Source: Octopus bimaculoides (lineage: Eukaryota). From it: a DNA stretch of 64,000 nucleotides. The position numbers were made by a program, and so were the translations under genes. Positions 48,686 through 60,630 of the stretch are shown here, in pieces (the stretch's first letter is position 1; each line of letters begins with the position of its first letter). Below the pieces are notes generated by a model. That model worked only from the letters and a program-made list of their open reading frames with translations. It made no database searches and was not told where the DNA came from. Where the stretch lies: NCBI RefSeq assembly GCF_001194135.2, contig NC_068997.1, positions 56,248,129-56,312,128 on the forward strand, given 5' to 3'.

Positions 48686-49834
48686 NNNNNNNNNNTATAT
48701 ACATACATACATACATGTATATATATACATACATACATATATATATACATACATACATATATATATATACATACATACATAATATATATATATACATACA
48801 TACATAATATATATATATACATACATACATAATATATATATATATATATGCATAATATATATACACATACACACGCATGCACACACACGTGCACGCGCAG
48901 GGAAATGTATATATCTGAGAAGATTCATAATATAACTTAATTGCTTCCCCCTTTCCTTCTCTTTTTGTTTAAAGCCGTAAATTAAAGAGAAATTCCAAAC
49001 CAAAACATGCCTTGTTTTCTTGGGATCTTTTTGATGCTCTTTCTCTTTTATTTCTTTTTATATTCTTTCTCTTGAAGTTTGTATCTATTCCATTCTTTTT
49101 TTCTACACACTCAAACAGACGTGGAATATCATGTTCAGCAATAATTCTTTCTTTGTAAATTCTTTGATATTGTCTCACTAATTATTAAATAATTTATTTG
49201 GTAATGAAAAAACAGTTAATTGTTTCTCCACATCCTTTTTCTTAAAACTGGGAAGATTTATTTCTTGATGCCATATTTTCTTTTCTTTTTTATTGTCGTC
49301 ATCAGAAGTAGTTTATTTTTCCTGATAAATTGCAGAAATTCTTGATAAAAAGAAATATAAGGTACAATGCAATCTTTTAGACAATGGTTTCCACAAGAAT
49401 TCTCAATGCGTTACTCTCTTTACCATTTCTCTACTATTCCTTGAAAAATCTTTTCCAATTAATTTTCTAATTAATTATCTTTTATCATTTTGCCCATTAC
49501 TTTTAAGGCTTTTTTTCATTTATTAAAGTTAGCCAGGTACAACCCATTGCCTGGTTTTAATGCCTTTGCACAACCTTTGGTTCCTTTTACTACATTCCAC
49601 TCTGCAACAAGTATTTGGACCGAATCTCTAATCTGGGAAGAATATCCTCCTTTCCACTAGTCTTAGAAATTCTGACTAAACGGTCATATGCAGTGCTCCT
49701 GTCAATGAACCATTATGTATAGTTTACAGCTTGCAATAAATCAGATGTCAGATAACCCTAAATGGCAATGGTACTACCCCCATGCAATTAAACACTCACG
49801 CACACACACGTATGCACACAGATCATTAATGTCA

Positions 49835-50045
49835 TGGCGAGCTGGTAGAAATGTTAACACACCGGGCGAAATGCTAAGCGGTATTTCGTCTGTCTTTACA
49901 TTCTGAGTTCAAATTCTGCTGAGGTCAACTTTGCCTTTCATCCTTTCAGGGTCGATAAATTAAGTACCAGTTGAGTACTGGGGTCGATGTAATCGAATGC
50001 CCCCCCCCTCCCCGAAAATTTCAGGCCTTGTGCCTATAATAGAAA
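49835..50045 (+). mobile_element. tRNA-derived SINE (Meta-domain-like), well preserved
   Basis: GGCGAGCTGGTAGAA...GGGCGAAATGCTAAGCGGTATTTCG..TTCTGAGTTCAAATTC..GCCTTTCATCCTTTCAGGGTCGATAAATTAAGTACCAG. Confidence 0.9.
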
Positions 50046-50159
50046 CGAATGTCACTCATTTTTGTTATTTACTGAGTAGTGATTTTGCAGTGTTCACATG
50101 TGTGGGATGACACGTCTATTAGATGTGGATGCGACCAACCAGTGAACTGGAAAAACACT

Positions 50160-50500
50160 TAGCATCTGGAATCCCACCTTATCACAAACTACTGAATTAT
50201 AAAAATATATTTAACTACTTGTGGCCCTTCCTCCCACTAATCCCTAAATTGTCTGAAACTGTTAAAGGGTCCGAGAAAATGCGTTGCTGTAACTATTCCA
50301 GTACGTACCATTTTGGGCACAATGTCTCTGAGAACACTACTGCCAAATTCTATCACCTCGGGGCAGCAGCCTTTCCTTTAGTTAATCCATGGTAACACGG
50401 AGAGGGTAGAGGTATGTGTAGGGACAGTTTTGCCAGGTTTCCTAAAAACCATCTTAACCAGGATACAAATACATGTGCAGCTACATGGTGATCCTTGGTG
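50160..50500 (+). mobile_element. Degenerate CR1/Jockey-group LINE 3' fragment
   Basis: Loose resemblance to the region around and downstream of the 43200 fragment; highly degenerate. Confidence 0.3.
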
Positions 50501-51559
50501 AATGGAGGCCTTAGTCCTTGTAGTAGTAGTAGTAGTAGTAGTAGTAGTATACCCCCTGATCAGCCTCAAGCACCTTGCAAACACCATTGACATTTCTCTT
50601 CTTCCTCTTTTTCAGCCATCAGAATTAAAATAATCTCACTTAAAGAGATCAAAGTGTTTCCTTTGACGGAGAAGAGAAGGTCAATTACTTTGGTGCAATT
50701 GATAATACATCTGTCATGATTACATAAGAATGTGTAGTTTCAGTCCCTCTGGCAGTTTTCTCTATTTTTTCCTATGCCAAGGGGTTTTAACTCAAACATA
50801 TTACAAACTATTATTTATAGCCGAATTCACCTTTGAGATACAACATTAAATGACTTTTATAAAATAATTGTATATCTTAGCTCCAAGTTGACCAAAGTCA
50901 TCCCAAGAGTTTTCTACTAAATCTTTTCTCTCTCTCTCTCACTCTCTTCCCTTCTGTCTCTCCATCAACTAAACACAATTCACAATCACAATGCTACTTC
51001 TACGAATTCCTCTCTCTTTCACAACGTAACCAATGTCTGCTACTTCCGATTCCCAGCTCTCTCTTCCCCCTCCACTTCCCTTTGTATATCAATTAATAAC
51101 TTTCTCTAGCAACACAAAACACACAAATAAATAAATAAAAAATGCTTTACAATCTTTCAATGAAAAATGGTATTGAAAATTTAAGAGCAGAATAATATTT
51201 CCTCTATGGAAATAAGCAGAAGTGTCATAATATTTTGGACGGAAAGAAGAAGGAACTCAGTAAATGGCCACTCTGAAAACAGAGATAATTTCTCATAGCT
51301 TTTATGGAAGTGGAAAAGAAAATAAAATTATGAAGAAGCTAAATATTTTGAACTGTTATTCATCGATGTATATCATGAAAGATTGAATTATTTTTGTTCT
51401 GGCCTCATCAAACTATTTTAAAGGCTTTTGTAAGATATTTAATACAAATATATCATTATAAAAATGATTTACGGTTTCTTAAGAATTTACTGGCATTTAT
51501 AAGCTAAGCCATTCTCATGACACTTCAGCCTGTTCATTTTAAACAAGGTGCAAAATGTC

Positions 51560-52300
51560 TTTCCCCTTTGAGAAAAGAAGACTATACACTTATTTGATGA
51601 TAGTGAAGCAGCAAGGATAATTATGCTTTACCATTCAACAGTCTTCAGAATAATTCCATTGCAGCTTTCTAAGCCATTCAGTCATGAGACCATTTAGGAA
51701 ATATTCTGGTTCTGTTGAATTATTTCTCCAGAAAGCATTGTTGTTTCCAGTCACTTATTTACCAAAAACTCTTTCAAGTGATATTAATTTTCCTTTGGAA
51801 GTTGCTATGAAAAGAATCACTTTAAAATGTTGATTGTGAGGAATTACAACTCTAACCTGGTTCCGTCACGATAATGATTTCAAAACTAGATGCAGCCATT
51901 TTTCAAGGAATTCTTTGAGTTAAATTGTTTTCTTCATTAACTGGTATGGTATCAGTGATCAACATGTTTCTCCGGTCAAGGATCATAGTAATGTTTGGCT
52001 AATATTATTTCAACTTTGCTTTTATTTGTTGACATTTTACCATTTTCTATAAATGCAGCAGTGCTGGCGTTACAGCCGCCACCATGAATGTTTCTGGTAT
52101 ACTTTGATTTCTCTGTGAGATTTGATAGAAAACTGTTGTTAGTGAAGTGTGTTTCTGTGATATCACTGACCTATGATATAGGCGAGGCCAACTTAATGCT
52201 TTGCTGGCATCTTTCAAACACACCAAAGTAGAACTAACACAGGAACCAATTAAGTGGTTCCATGAAATGCTAGTCACAACAGCCAACTATCCCTTAAAGT
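51560..52300 (-). mobile_element. pogo-superfamily (DDE_1) transposase relic
   Basis: Minus strand: KVILFIATSKGKLISLERVFGK*...LMTEWLRKLQW resembles the pogo TV.L...A.G.KL.P..IFK and LM.EWL..VW motifs. Confidence 0.5.
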
Positions 52301-53619
52301 GGGGCACATTGGCTAAAGTAGTCTCAGCTTTGCAAAGGGCCATGCCCTTACTCAGCTTGATTTAACTGGGTTGTAGTGAAAAGAGAAGAAAAGTTAGCCA
52401 AAACATTATCTCAAGGAATCAAGCTGGATGGTCACAGCTGGAATACTGCTGATTGGGATATGAGTAAACAACAACAATAGCAATAAGATAGAAATGATCT
52501 GTTATTTGGTAAACTGTTGCAAGGTGCCAATGTCATGTTTCATCAGAGAAAGAGAGAAGCTAATTCAAATGGAGCAGTAGATGTTGTAGTAGCAGTAGAG
52601 AAGGCAGATGGAGGAGGCAGCACATCAGTGAAACGGAGAGGGTAGTCTGTTGATGATGTCCTTTTCTTTTTCTGTGAACTTCAATATTTGTTCATGAAGC
52701 AGTAGTAGCAGTAGAAGCAGCAGCACCACCACCACCTCCACTGCCACTGCCGCTGCCACCTCCTCCTCCTCCTCCACTATCACCTTCTCCACCACTACTT
52801 CCTAGCTGAGAGATCAATAATTTGATTGATTTCTGTAAAGGATCCTCCACTGATAAAAAGGGAAATATTTCCAGGTCTTGAAAAAGAAGAAGAAGAAGTC
52901 CAGTTTTGTTATGTTTGTGGAATCCCAAAGAAAGATCCTCAGATTTTGCTGTGATTTCAAATTTGAAATGGATGCTGTCCAAAATGAAGGAGGGCAACTT
53001 ACAAAATATGAAAGAATCACCAATTAGTGATAATTAGGTTCTCTCATTTTTAATGAATCTCTTGTTTCTTTGATAGTCTTCGGTTATAGTTTTTGTGTCG
53101 TTTCTGCATCTCTTCCTCCTTTCATTCTTGTCATGTAATCTAATTCAAAAAATTAAATGAGTTTTCTTGACAGGTTAGGTACATTATTGAGTCCTTGTGA
53201 ATGCCTAACGTAGTCTATTAAGGGTTGGAATGTTGCTGTGCGGTTAAAAACTGTTTTGAAATTTTTTAAGAACCTAAGGGCCATTAGTTCAGTAGAGGAT
53301 TGGTGCATAATTATAAACCAAGTGAAACTTTGAGACTGAAATCAGGTTGACAAAAACTGTGGAAGCCCTTCAAATAGATTTTATCTGATATAAAATGATT
53401 TCTTCAACCACAAAGTCCAGAAGCTCTGAAAGCTTCATGGGTCCTCTCCTTTTTTTCTGTTGACCAATCCATACAAATAATATTTTGTATTGTACCTCTG
53501 TATCGGTAGCAGTATCTCTATGACATTCTTTGATATATTTTATGGTATTTTGTATTGGTAACGATACCGATATGAAATACATTAGTATATTGTAAAATAT
53601 CTGTATTTATATGCAAACA

Positions 53620-53780
53620 AACCAACATCAGCTGTCAAGCGATGATGGGGGTCAAACATATACATAGACACACACACACACACATAAATGACAGGCCTCC
53701 CTCAGCTTCCATCCACTAAATCTACTCAGAAGGCTTTTGTTGGCCTGGGACTATAGTAGATGTCTGGTCAGAGTAGCTTG
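53620..53780 (-). mobile_element. CORE-type SINE fragment
   Basis: CAGCTTCCATCCACTAAATCTACTCAGAAGGCTTT..GGCCTGGGACTATAGTAGA. Confidence 0.65.
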
Positions 53781-54704
53781 CAATGGGACTATTATCAATA
53801 TTTTGTATTGCACCGTGTAATGGCTGAAATGTGTTGATTTGTTTAGTTATTGTCAAGAAATATACAAGAAACAGACAACATTCAGTTTCTCCATAAACTC
53901 TAAATTTCTCTCTCTAAACTTCCTACAATCTTTTATATGGAAGCAGAGACTTGAAATATTACATCTCAGAACAAGTTTTCCACAGCAAGAAATCTACAGA
54001 AGTCTCCACTTTTCTCAATGAAACACCTTAACCTCACTCAACAAACTTCCTACAGTTTTTTAATATGGAAGCACATAAGTTCAGTTTTACATCTTTGAGC
54101 AACAATGAATACAGGATTGCTAGAACTCCAAAAGCTGCTAAAATATTTGTTTTCTGCCAACAAATTTCATATCGTATGTCTGCTCAACCAATGAAGACTA
54201 GATACGACTATTGAAAACCTCACCACCATCACCACTACCGCCTACACTGCCATTGCCACCTCCACCGCTGTTATCACAACCACCACCACAACAACAGACT
54301 AACCAGGATGGATGGAATTATTGGAGACCAAAGAAGTCAATTAAAACTGTCATTTACAGATTTCATATAGACAAACTAAATAACCATGAGAATCCATGAC
54401 AAATTGTTGTTGTTGATGTTGTTGTTGCTATTGTTTAGCTCCTGGTCACCTCTCATTGACCACATCTATGATCAGAAGCATTCCAAATAAGCAATATACA
54501 TCCTGTCATTTTTTTTCTTGTTTTATTGTCTATTTTGGATTATATTGTTGCATCTCTGTTCATTTAAGATTGTAGGACTTAATTCATGAAAGATTCGACT
54601 GTCATTTCTAGCATGTCCAACGTCCATGTACAGATTTCTTTCAGATTCATCAGAATATTCATTGAAGCTGCCAGTCTCTGTGTTTTGCATCTACATTTTA
54701 ATAT

Positions 54705-54930
54705 GAGGCGGCAAGTTGGCAGAATCGTTAGCATGCCAGGCGAAATGCTTAACTGTATTTCGTCTGCCGAAATATGTTCTGAGTTCAAATTCCGCCAAGG
54801 TCGACTTTGTCTTTCATCCTTTTAGGGTTGATTAAATAAGTACCAGTTACGCACTAGTGTCGATGTAGTCGACTTAATCCCTTTGTTTCCTCTATGTTTA
54901 GGCCCCTGTGGGCAATAAAGAAAGAAATAT
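54705..54930 (+). mobile_element. tRNA-derived SINE (Meta-domain-like), young copy
   Basis: AGGCGGCAAGTTGGCAGAATCGTTAGC...TTCTGAGTTCAAATTCCGCCAAGGTCGACTTTG..CTTTCATCCTTTTAGGG; CpGs retained. Confidence 0.9.
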
Positions 54931-55193
54931 AAGTAGTTCCCTTTCATTAAAGTCAGCTAATATTAGTTTAAAGTAAAAAGTATATAACAAAATATATACA
55001 CATAACTGCTTAGGGCTGTCAACCCATATTTCATTTATGGTGAACTGCTTAATAGCACAACCAGTCACCGAACGATGACAGGAATATCATAAGATATGCA
55101 GCATCAACATCCAAACTTACAAGAATTCCTCATCAACTTCACTTTTGTAGACAGAAACAAGGAGTTGATGAACCACAAAGCATTCTCACACAA

Positions 55194-55226
<33 letters not shown>

Positions 55227-55439
55227 TGCAAATGTGGAGAACGTTGAGAAGCATATGTCCAAATCAGTGGCAAGAAGACTACCAATGAAGAGGAGAGACC
55301 AAGAATACTGAAGAGGAAAGACCAAGATTATTTCTTGTACTCCTGAGAAGGAAGCGATCAAACCATTGCCAAACTGATGACTTGGTTTAAATATTTCCAA
55401 CAGACTGGATTCTATAAAAGGCATCCGAGTGGTTGGTGG

Positions 55440-55640
55440 GTGGGTATTAATGAATCAGTAAATGGATAAGTCTACCACACTAAAAAGGGGAATGGTATCT
55501 CTCACAGGTTCCAACAAAGTTTCTGCTAACCAAAGTTCCAATTTCAACACTTTGGTTGACTAAAAATCATAGAAGATGACCCTTGACCAAAGATACTGAA
55601 CTATGGAATTGAAATCAAGTCCATATAGTACGAAAGTGGA
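55440..55640 (-). mobile_element. Degenerate CORE-type SINE
   Basis: CAAAGTTTCTGCTAACCAAAG...ATCATAGAAGATGACCCTTGACCAAAG. Confidence 0.5.
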
Positions 55641-56404
55641 CATTTTCGTAACTACTCAGCCAAGACTCTTATCTAGCTTAGAAATCATCAATATTATAAG
55701 AAATTATTGTTATTATTATTATTATTATTAAAGGGAAAATCAGAGCAATGTGGATTTTATGTTATTAGATTTATAAATTTACATTAGTAAATTATATAAC
55801 TAAAATCAATCTGTGCCCTATAGCTTTATCTGTAAACAGAAAAAAAAAAAATGCATTTATCATATTAGATCATCTTTTAAATAATTTGTATTAAACTGAT
55901 TAAAAATTAGATGCCAATTTTAAATCGCATGGTCATATTTTATCTGCATAGAAAATTCTTGGCAAAATATTGTCTGAAAGCTTTTCTTGGAATATTGGTA
56001 GTGCCAATTCCTATCATTACTTCAAGTCATTGTCTTTTGTCTTGAACCTCGAATTTGATAAATATTGGATTTATCTGATTAGAACTAATTATGTTTGAAA
56101 AATAAACAAACATTTTTATTTATTTTTATATTTATGTGACAGGAAACAAAATTCAATTAGCTGCCTAATTAAAAAAGATTAAAAAAAAAACACGAGGAGA
56201 ACAATAACATTTTGTAAGGGCAAAAATATTCTAAAATAAATTTATTTATTTTGTAATTAAATCCAACACATTCTGCTTTTCCAGACGAGACAATGTCCTT
56301 GCTGCATGTAGGTTAGCATGCTTGCTCAGTTGCAGTTATATCTCTGGTTCAATTTCTCTTCAAGACTTTGCAATTTTCATAGTTTAGAATAATATTAATA
56401 ATAC

Positions 56405-56612
56405 TAAGCCTTTTTACTATAGGCACAAGGCCTGAAAATCTGGGGGATGGGGTAAGTTGATTATATTGACACCAGTGCTCAACTGGTTCAACCCCAAAAG
56501 AATAAAAGGCAAAACTGACTTCAGTGAAATTTGAACTCAGATTGAAAAGCTGAAAGAAGTATCACTAAGCCTTTTGTCAGGTGTGTAAACAGTTCTGCCA
56601 ACTTACTGCCTT
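56405..56612 (-). mobile_element. tRNA-derived SINE (Meta-domain-like)
   Basis: Reverse complement of the 49835/54705 family, including the TAGGCACAAGGCCTGAAA tail. Confidence 0.85.
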
Positions 56613-56950
56613 TGTAGTGGCGCGTGTGGTCGCAATCTTTGGAAGTGCCATTGCACATGTGCAAGGGACTTGCCGTCAGCAGAAGTACCCGGGCACGCAT
56701 GCGCAAGGCAACAGGTGGAGAGAGAGAGAGAGCAATAGCATTCGATCTCTTCTCTCTCTAGCAGCGGTGGTGACAACACGTATCTCTCAGCTCGATACTG
56801 ACATGTGGTCGAAGCTTCCTTGGTATTCTAGCGGCATGCCTGTTCACCCAGGAACGAAACGGCTCTACACCAACCTAGAATAAATTATTGATCTGTTGTT
56901 ACCGTTATCCCTCGTGTTGTATTTCTGGATTTCAATGATTAATATAAGAA
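56613..56950 (+). mobile_element. Probable LTR (solo or 5' LTR remnant)
   Basis: CpG-rich island starting TGTAG, internal GA/CT tracts, AATAAA at ~56879, ending ..AAGAACA followed by TGG (PBS-like start); no target-site duplication or partner LTR found. Confidence 0.4.
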
Positions 56951-57029
56951 CATGGGAGAGATGGCCGAGCCGTCATATCTCATCCAATTCTTATACCTTC
57001 GTAATAGTCGAAATATTGATTTTATGTTT

Positions 57030-57210
57030 GGAGAAGGAGATAAGTCGTTTACATCAACCTCAGTACATAACTAGTACTTATTTCATTTACCCTGAAAGAA
57101 TGAAGGGCAGAGTTGGCCTTGGCAGAATTTGAACTCATGATGTAAAGGCAGATGAACTGCCACCAGACATTTTGCCTAGCATGCTAATGATTCTGCCAGC
57201 CCACAACCTT
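57030..57210 (-). mobile_element. tRNA-derived SINE (Meta-domain-like)
   Basis: CAGTACATAACTAGTACTTATTTC..CCCTGAAAGAATGAAGGGCAGAGTTGGCCTTGGCAGAATTTGAACTC. Confidence 0.8.
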
Positions 57211-57249
57211 TGTAATAATAATAATGATAATAATAATATAATAATAGTT

Positions 57250-57355
57250 CCTGATGTACCCTTATCAGACAGGTAGTCATGATGGGTATAATGGGCTTTG
57301 TATATTTGTAACCCAGTGTCACTTTGATGGCATGCACTACTCTTTCACTCAATAA
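57250..57355 (+). mobile_element. 3' fragment of the repeat seen at 13935-14500
   Basis: Near-identical to 14383-14470 by eye. Confidence 0.75.
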
Positions 57356-58539
57356 TTATGATAATAATAATAACAACAATAGTGTTTTCTAACATAAAAC
57401 AAGGTCATACATTTATTAAGAATTGTATCAACCCCAGTACATGACTGGTATGTTTTATTTTTCATCTTTGAAAGGATGAAATGTCTAAATCAACCTTGCT
57501 TGCATTTGATCATATTTCAGAAAAGACATGTAACAAATGGTACAAGACATTTTGTTTGATGCTCTACCAGTTTTGCCAATCCACCACCACCACCATAACA
57601 ACAATGACAACAGCAATAACAATGATTTATTATCCCGAGGGGCATAGATGAGGGGGACATCACAGGGAGAGTCTATAAATTGTGGATTACAAAAATGTCG
57701 AAGGGAAAGAAGTGCAAAAGACAACGAAAGACGATAAAATTATAGACAGAATATGGTAAAACATGAATGAGATGCTGTTCTCCTGAAACAAGAGACATTC
57801 CAACAAGGGCCCAATCAAAGAATCTCACAGACACAGGATTACCTTGATCACCAAAAAGCATAGATATAAATATATAACATGTACTGCTAATATGGGATGG
57901 AGAAAACATTTATAATGAGGTAAACCTCCATATTATTTCCTGAAATAAACATTGTTAAGTGATCACCTTTTAGCAAACTGTACATTTGTAGCTAATGCAG
58001 GAAATATGAAATGGTTAGAAACAGAGTAGAACTACATTAGAAAACAAACTAAAATATATTCCAATGCCATAATACAACAAACCATCCATCCATCCAACCA
58101 GCCAGCAGCCAACCATTCCTTTCCAACAAAGTTATGGATCAATGGTACAATGCCAAATGTCTAACCTTGAAATGATGAGTTTAAATAGACATTCCAAATA
58201 CATGCTTTGCAAATGGAGGAATATTCTTGCAGACTGTTCCAGTATAAATGGTAGGAAGCAGTTTCTGTGACAGTGAATGACGAGTCTACAGGAATTAATA
58301 AATAACAGAACGGAAACTTATTAGTAACAGTTTGATTTATCCAGTCCATCTCTCACAGATTTTAACATTTGCCTATTCAGTGGTCAGTCTTTAGTTGTTG
58401 TTGTTGTTATTGTTTAACACCTGGTCAGATCTTGTTGAGCATATATCTATGATCAAAGAATTTCTCATATTGACCAGCCTGTCTCTTGTCTTTGGATGCA
58501 TATTTATGCATGTGTTTATAATCATTCTCTTCATCCTTT

Positions 58540-58710
58540 AACTCTCATGTTCCATGCTGGCATGGGTTGGATGGTTTGACAGGATCCAGTGGACCCAAGG
58601 AACATGTTGTGTTCCAGTGTCTGCCTTGGCATGGTTTCTATGGCTGGACGTCCTTCTTCATGCAAACTACTTTACAGCATGTACTGGGTGCATTTCTGTG
58701 TCACTTGCAC
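58540..58710 (-). mobile_element. RTE-related SINE
   Basis: TTCCATGCTGGCATGGGTTGGATGG...CATGGTTTCTATGGCTGGACGTCCTTCTTCATGC is the reverse complement of the 48330 family. Confidence 0.8.
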
Positions 58711-59929
58711 AAGGTTGCTGTGTAGTAGTATATGTGTGACTGTGTGCATGTATTTGTGTAACTGATGGAGTGCCACAATGTAATATATATAGAGAGATGT
58801 TCTTAAATATACATATATGTTTGTACACATATATTTATACATATATGTGCACATGTGTGTATACATATATATATATATGAGACGAGAGAGAGTAGGAGAC
58901 AGAAAGTTTTAGATTGATTGTTGCTTGTCTATTTAAAGTGACTTTAGCATACGTACAGTATGTGTCCCAAGTGAACAGAGAAACATAAAACAACAAACAC
59001 GAGAAGCCAATGGCTGTACATTACCCCTAGCCCCACCCCTCACTGCCATACATCCAATATCTGGCAAGGAATGTTATTCTATGGACTATATTGTTGTTGT
59101 TGTGTGGTGGTTGTTTATGGTAAATGTGGAAGGAAAAAAAAAAGCCCAAGCACAATCTATCAATTGCTTCCAGCGGAGATATTTGACAGACGTTTCAATA
59201 TAGGTCTAATTTTATTTTGGTTTCTATGTTAGCATCTTCCTCGCTCACCTCTAACTCCTTCTCTTCATCATCATCACTGTCATATCGTCATTGTTGTCAT
59301 TATTACTGTTATTATTGTCATCACCATCATCAACATTGTCATCATTAACATCATAGTAATCATCATAATAAACTTTTTTCGTTTCTTTTTTTTCCTAACC
59401 TTTCTAATGTATTTCATTATAATTTGCTGAAGTTGTCAAGGATAAGCATTAACCTGCTTTCTTATAATGTCTGCAATGATTGGTGAGAGAGAAAGAGGAG
59501 AAAGGGAGAAAGAGAGGGGAGAAGAGGTAAAGGAAAAAGAGAAGGGGTGTGTGTGAGGAAGGTAGAATAAGCATAGAAAGAATAGGCAAAGAAAGTGAGA
59601 GAGAGAGAGAGAAGGACAGGAATTTGTGAAAGAGGATTGTGTGTGTGTGAGGGAATGAGAGAAAACGAGGGGGGGGGGTTATTTGAAAGAGCAATAAGAA
59701 GAATTTGATTTGAGTGAAAAAAATTGTTAAGAGAAATGATAAATGGATTCTTTCTTGATGGAGAAAAAAAACAAAAAGAAAAAACATGGTTTTGTGGTTC
59801 CACAATGAAGTAAAACGTCCGTGTGCTTCGGGTGTTGTTGCTGGGTCACCAGAATCACAATGGAAATGAGTTCAAATCAAAATAAAACTCAGAATGTCAC
59901 TCACAGTTGAGCATGAGTTGTCAGCAGCA

Positions 59930-60630
59930 AGTCTCCTACTTCTGAATCTGTTTTGGATCCCTGGCCCTTGAAGTCCAAGTAGCAAGATTACTAACTCCCA
60001 CTTTGAAGGCTATACATTTGCGATCCAGGAGCAGGAAATATCAACCAAGTACTTGATGCAGAAAAGGGATAGAGATGCAGGAAAAGCTGCAAAATGTGAC
60101 AACTGATGCAGACTTTGTGGAGTTCAAACCGAAGATATTACCCACATCATAATTAGTTGTCCGAAAATATCATCGCAGTATTATCTACCGATGAGACATG
60201 ATGCTGTAGCTAGGACATTCTGTAAAGAAATCCATTGGAAGGATAATCCCAAGGACAAAGAAATAAGAACTCACAATATGGTAGAATCCATAGCCACTCA
60301 TAATGAAAAGGAATACTGGTGGAATGTCCCAGTAAAGACCTCAAAATGTAAGCAAAACAGATCTAATATAATGATTTGGGATAAAGAAGAGAAACTGTGT
60401 AGAGTTGTGGAAATCAGCTGCTCGTTGGATGCTAGCATAAAGCTGAAGATCAGTGAAAAAGAGGACACCTATGCTGAACTATTGAGAAATCTGAAGTTAT
60501 TGTATCCATATTACAAGTTCACGTTTGTACCTGTAATTGTTGGTATGCTGGGATATGTAACTGCCTAAATACCAATCTTGAGAAATTAGGCTTCTCAAAA
60601 CCAGAAAGGAGAAAAACCTGTAGAACTTTC
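59930..60630 (+). mobile_element. R2/R4-superfamily LINE 3' fragment: CCHC zinc knuckle plus restriction-like endonuclease
   Basis: One frame ~59995-60568 with a single TGA (60104): FAIQEQEISTKY...*CRLCGVQTEDITHIIISC..MRHDAVA...YWWN.PV...NRSNIMIWD....VEISC...PVIVGMLGYV. Confidence 0.9.

Noticed and set aside
52048-52107. TATAAA followed by a perfect vertebrate Kozak GCCGCCACCATG, and on the opposite strand a 72-nt exon-like segment (KSKYTRNIHGGGCNASTAAFIEN)
   Set aside because: The + ORF is only MNVSGIL*, and the segment lies inside a minus-strand pogo-like transposase relic that explains its GC content.
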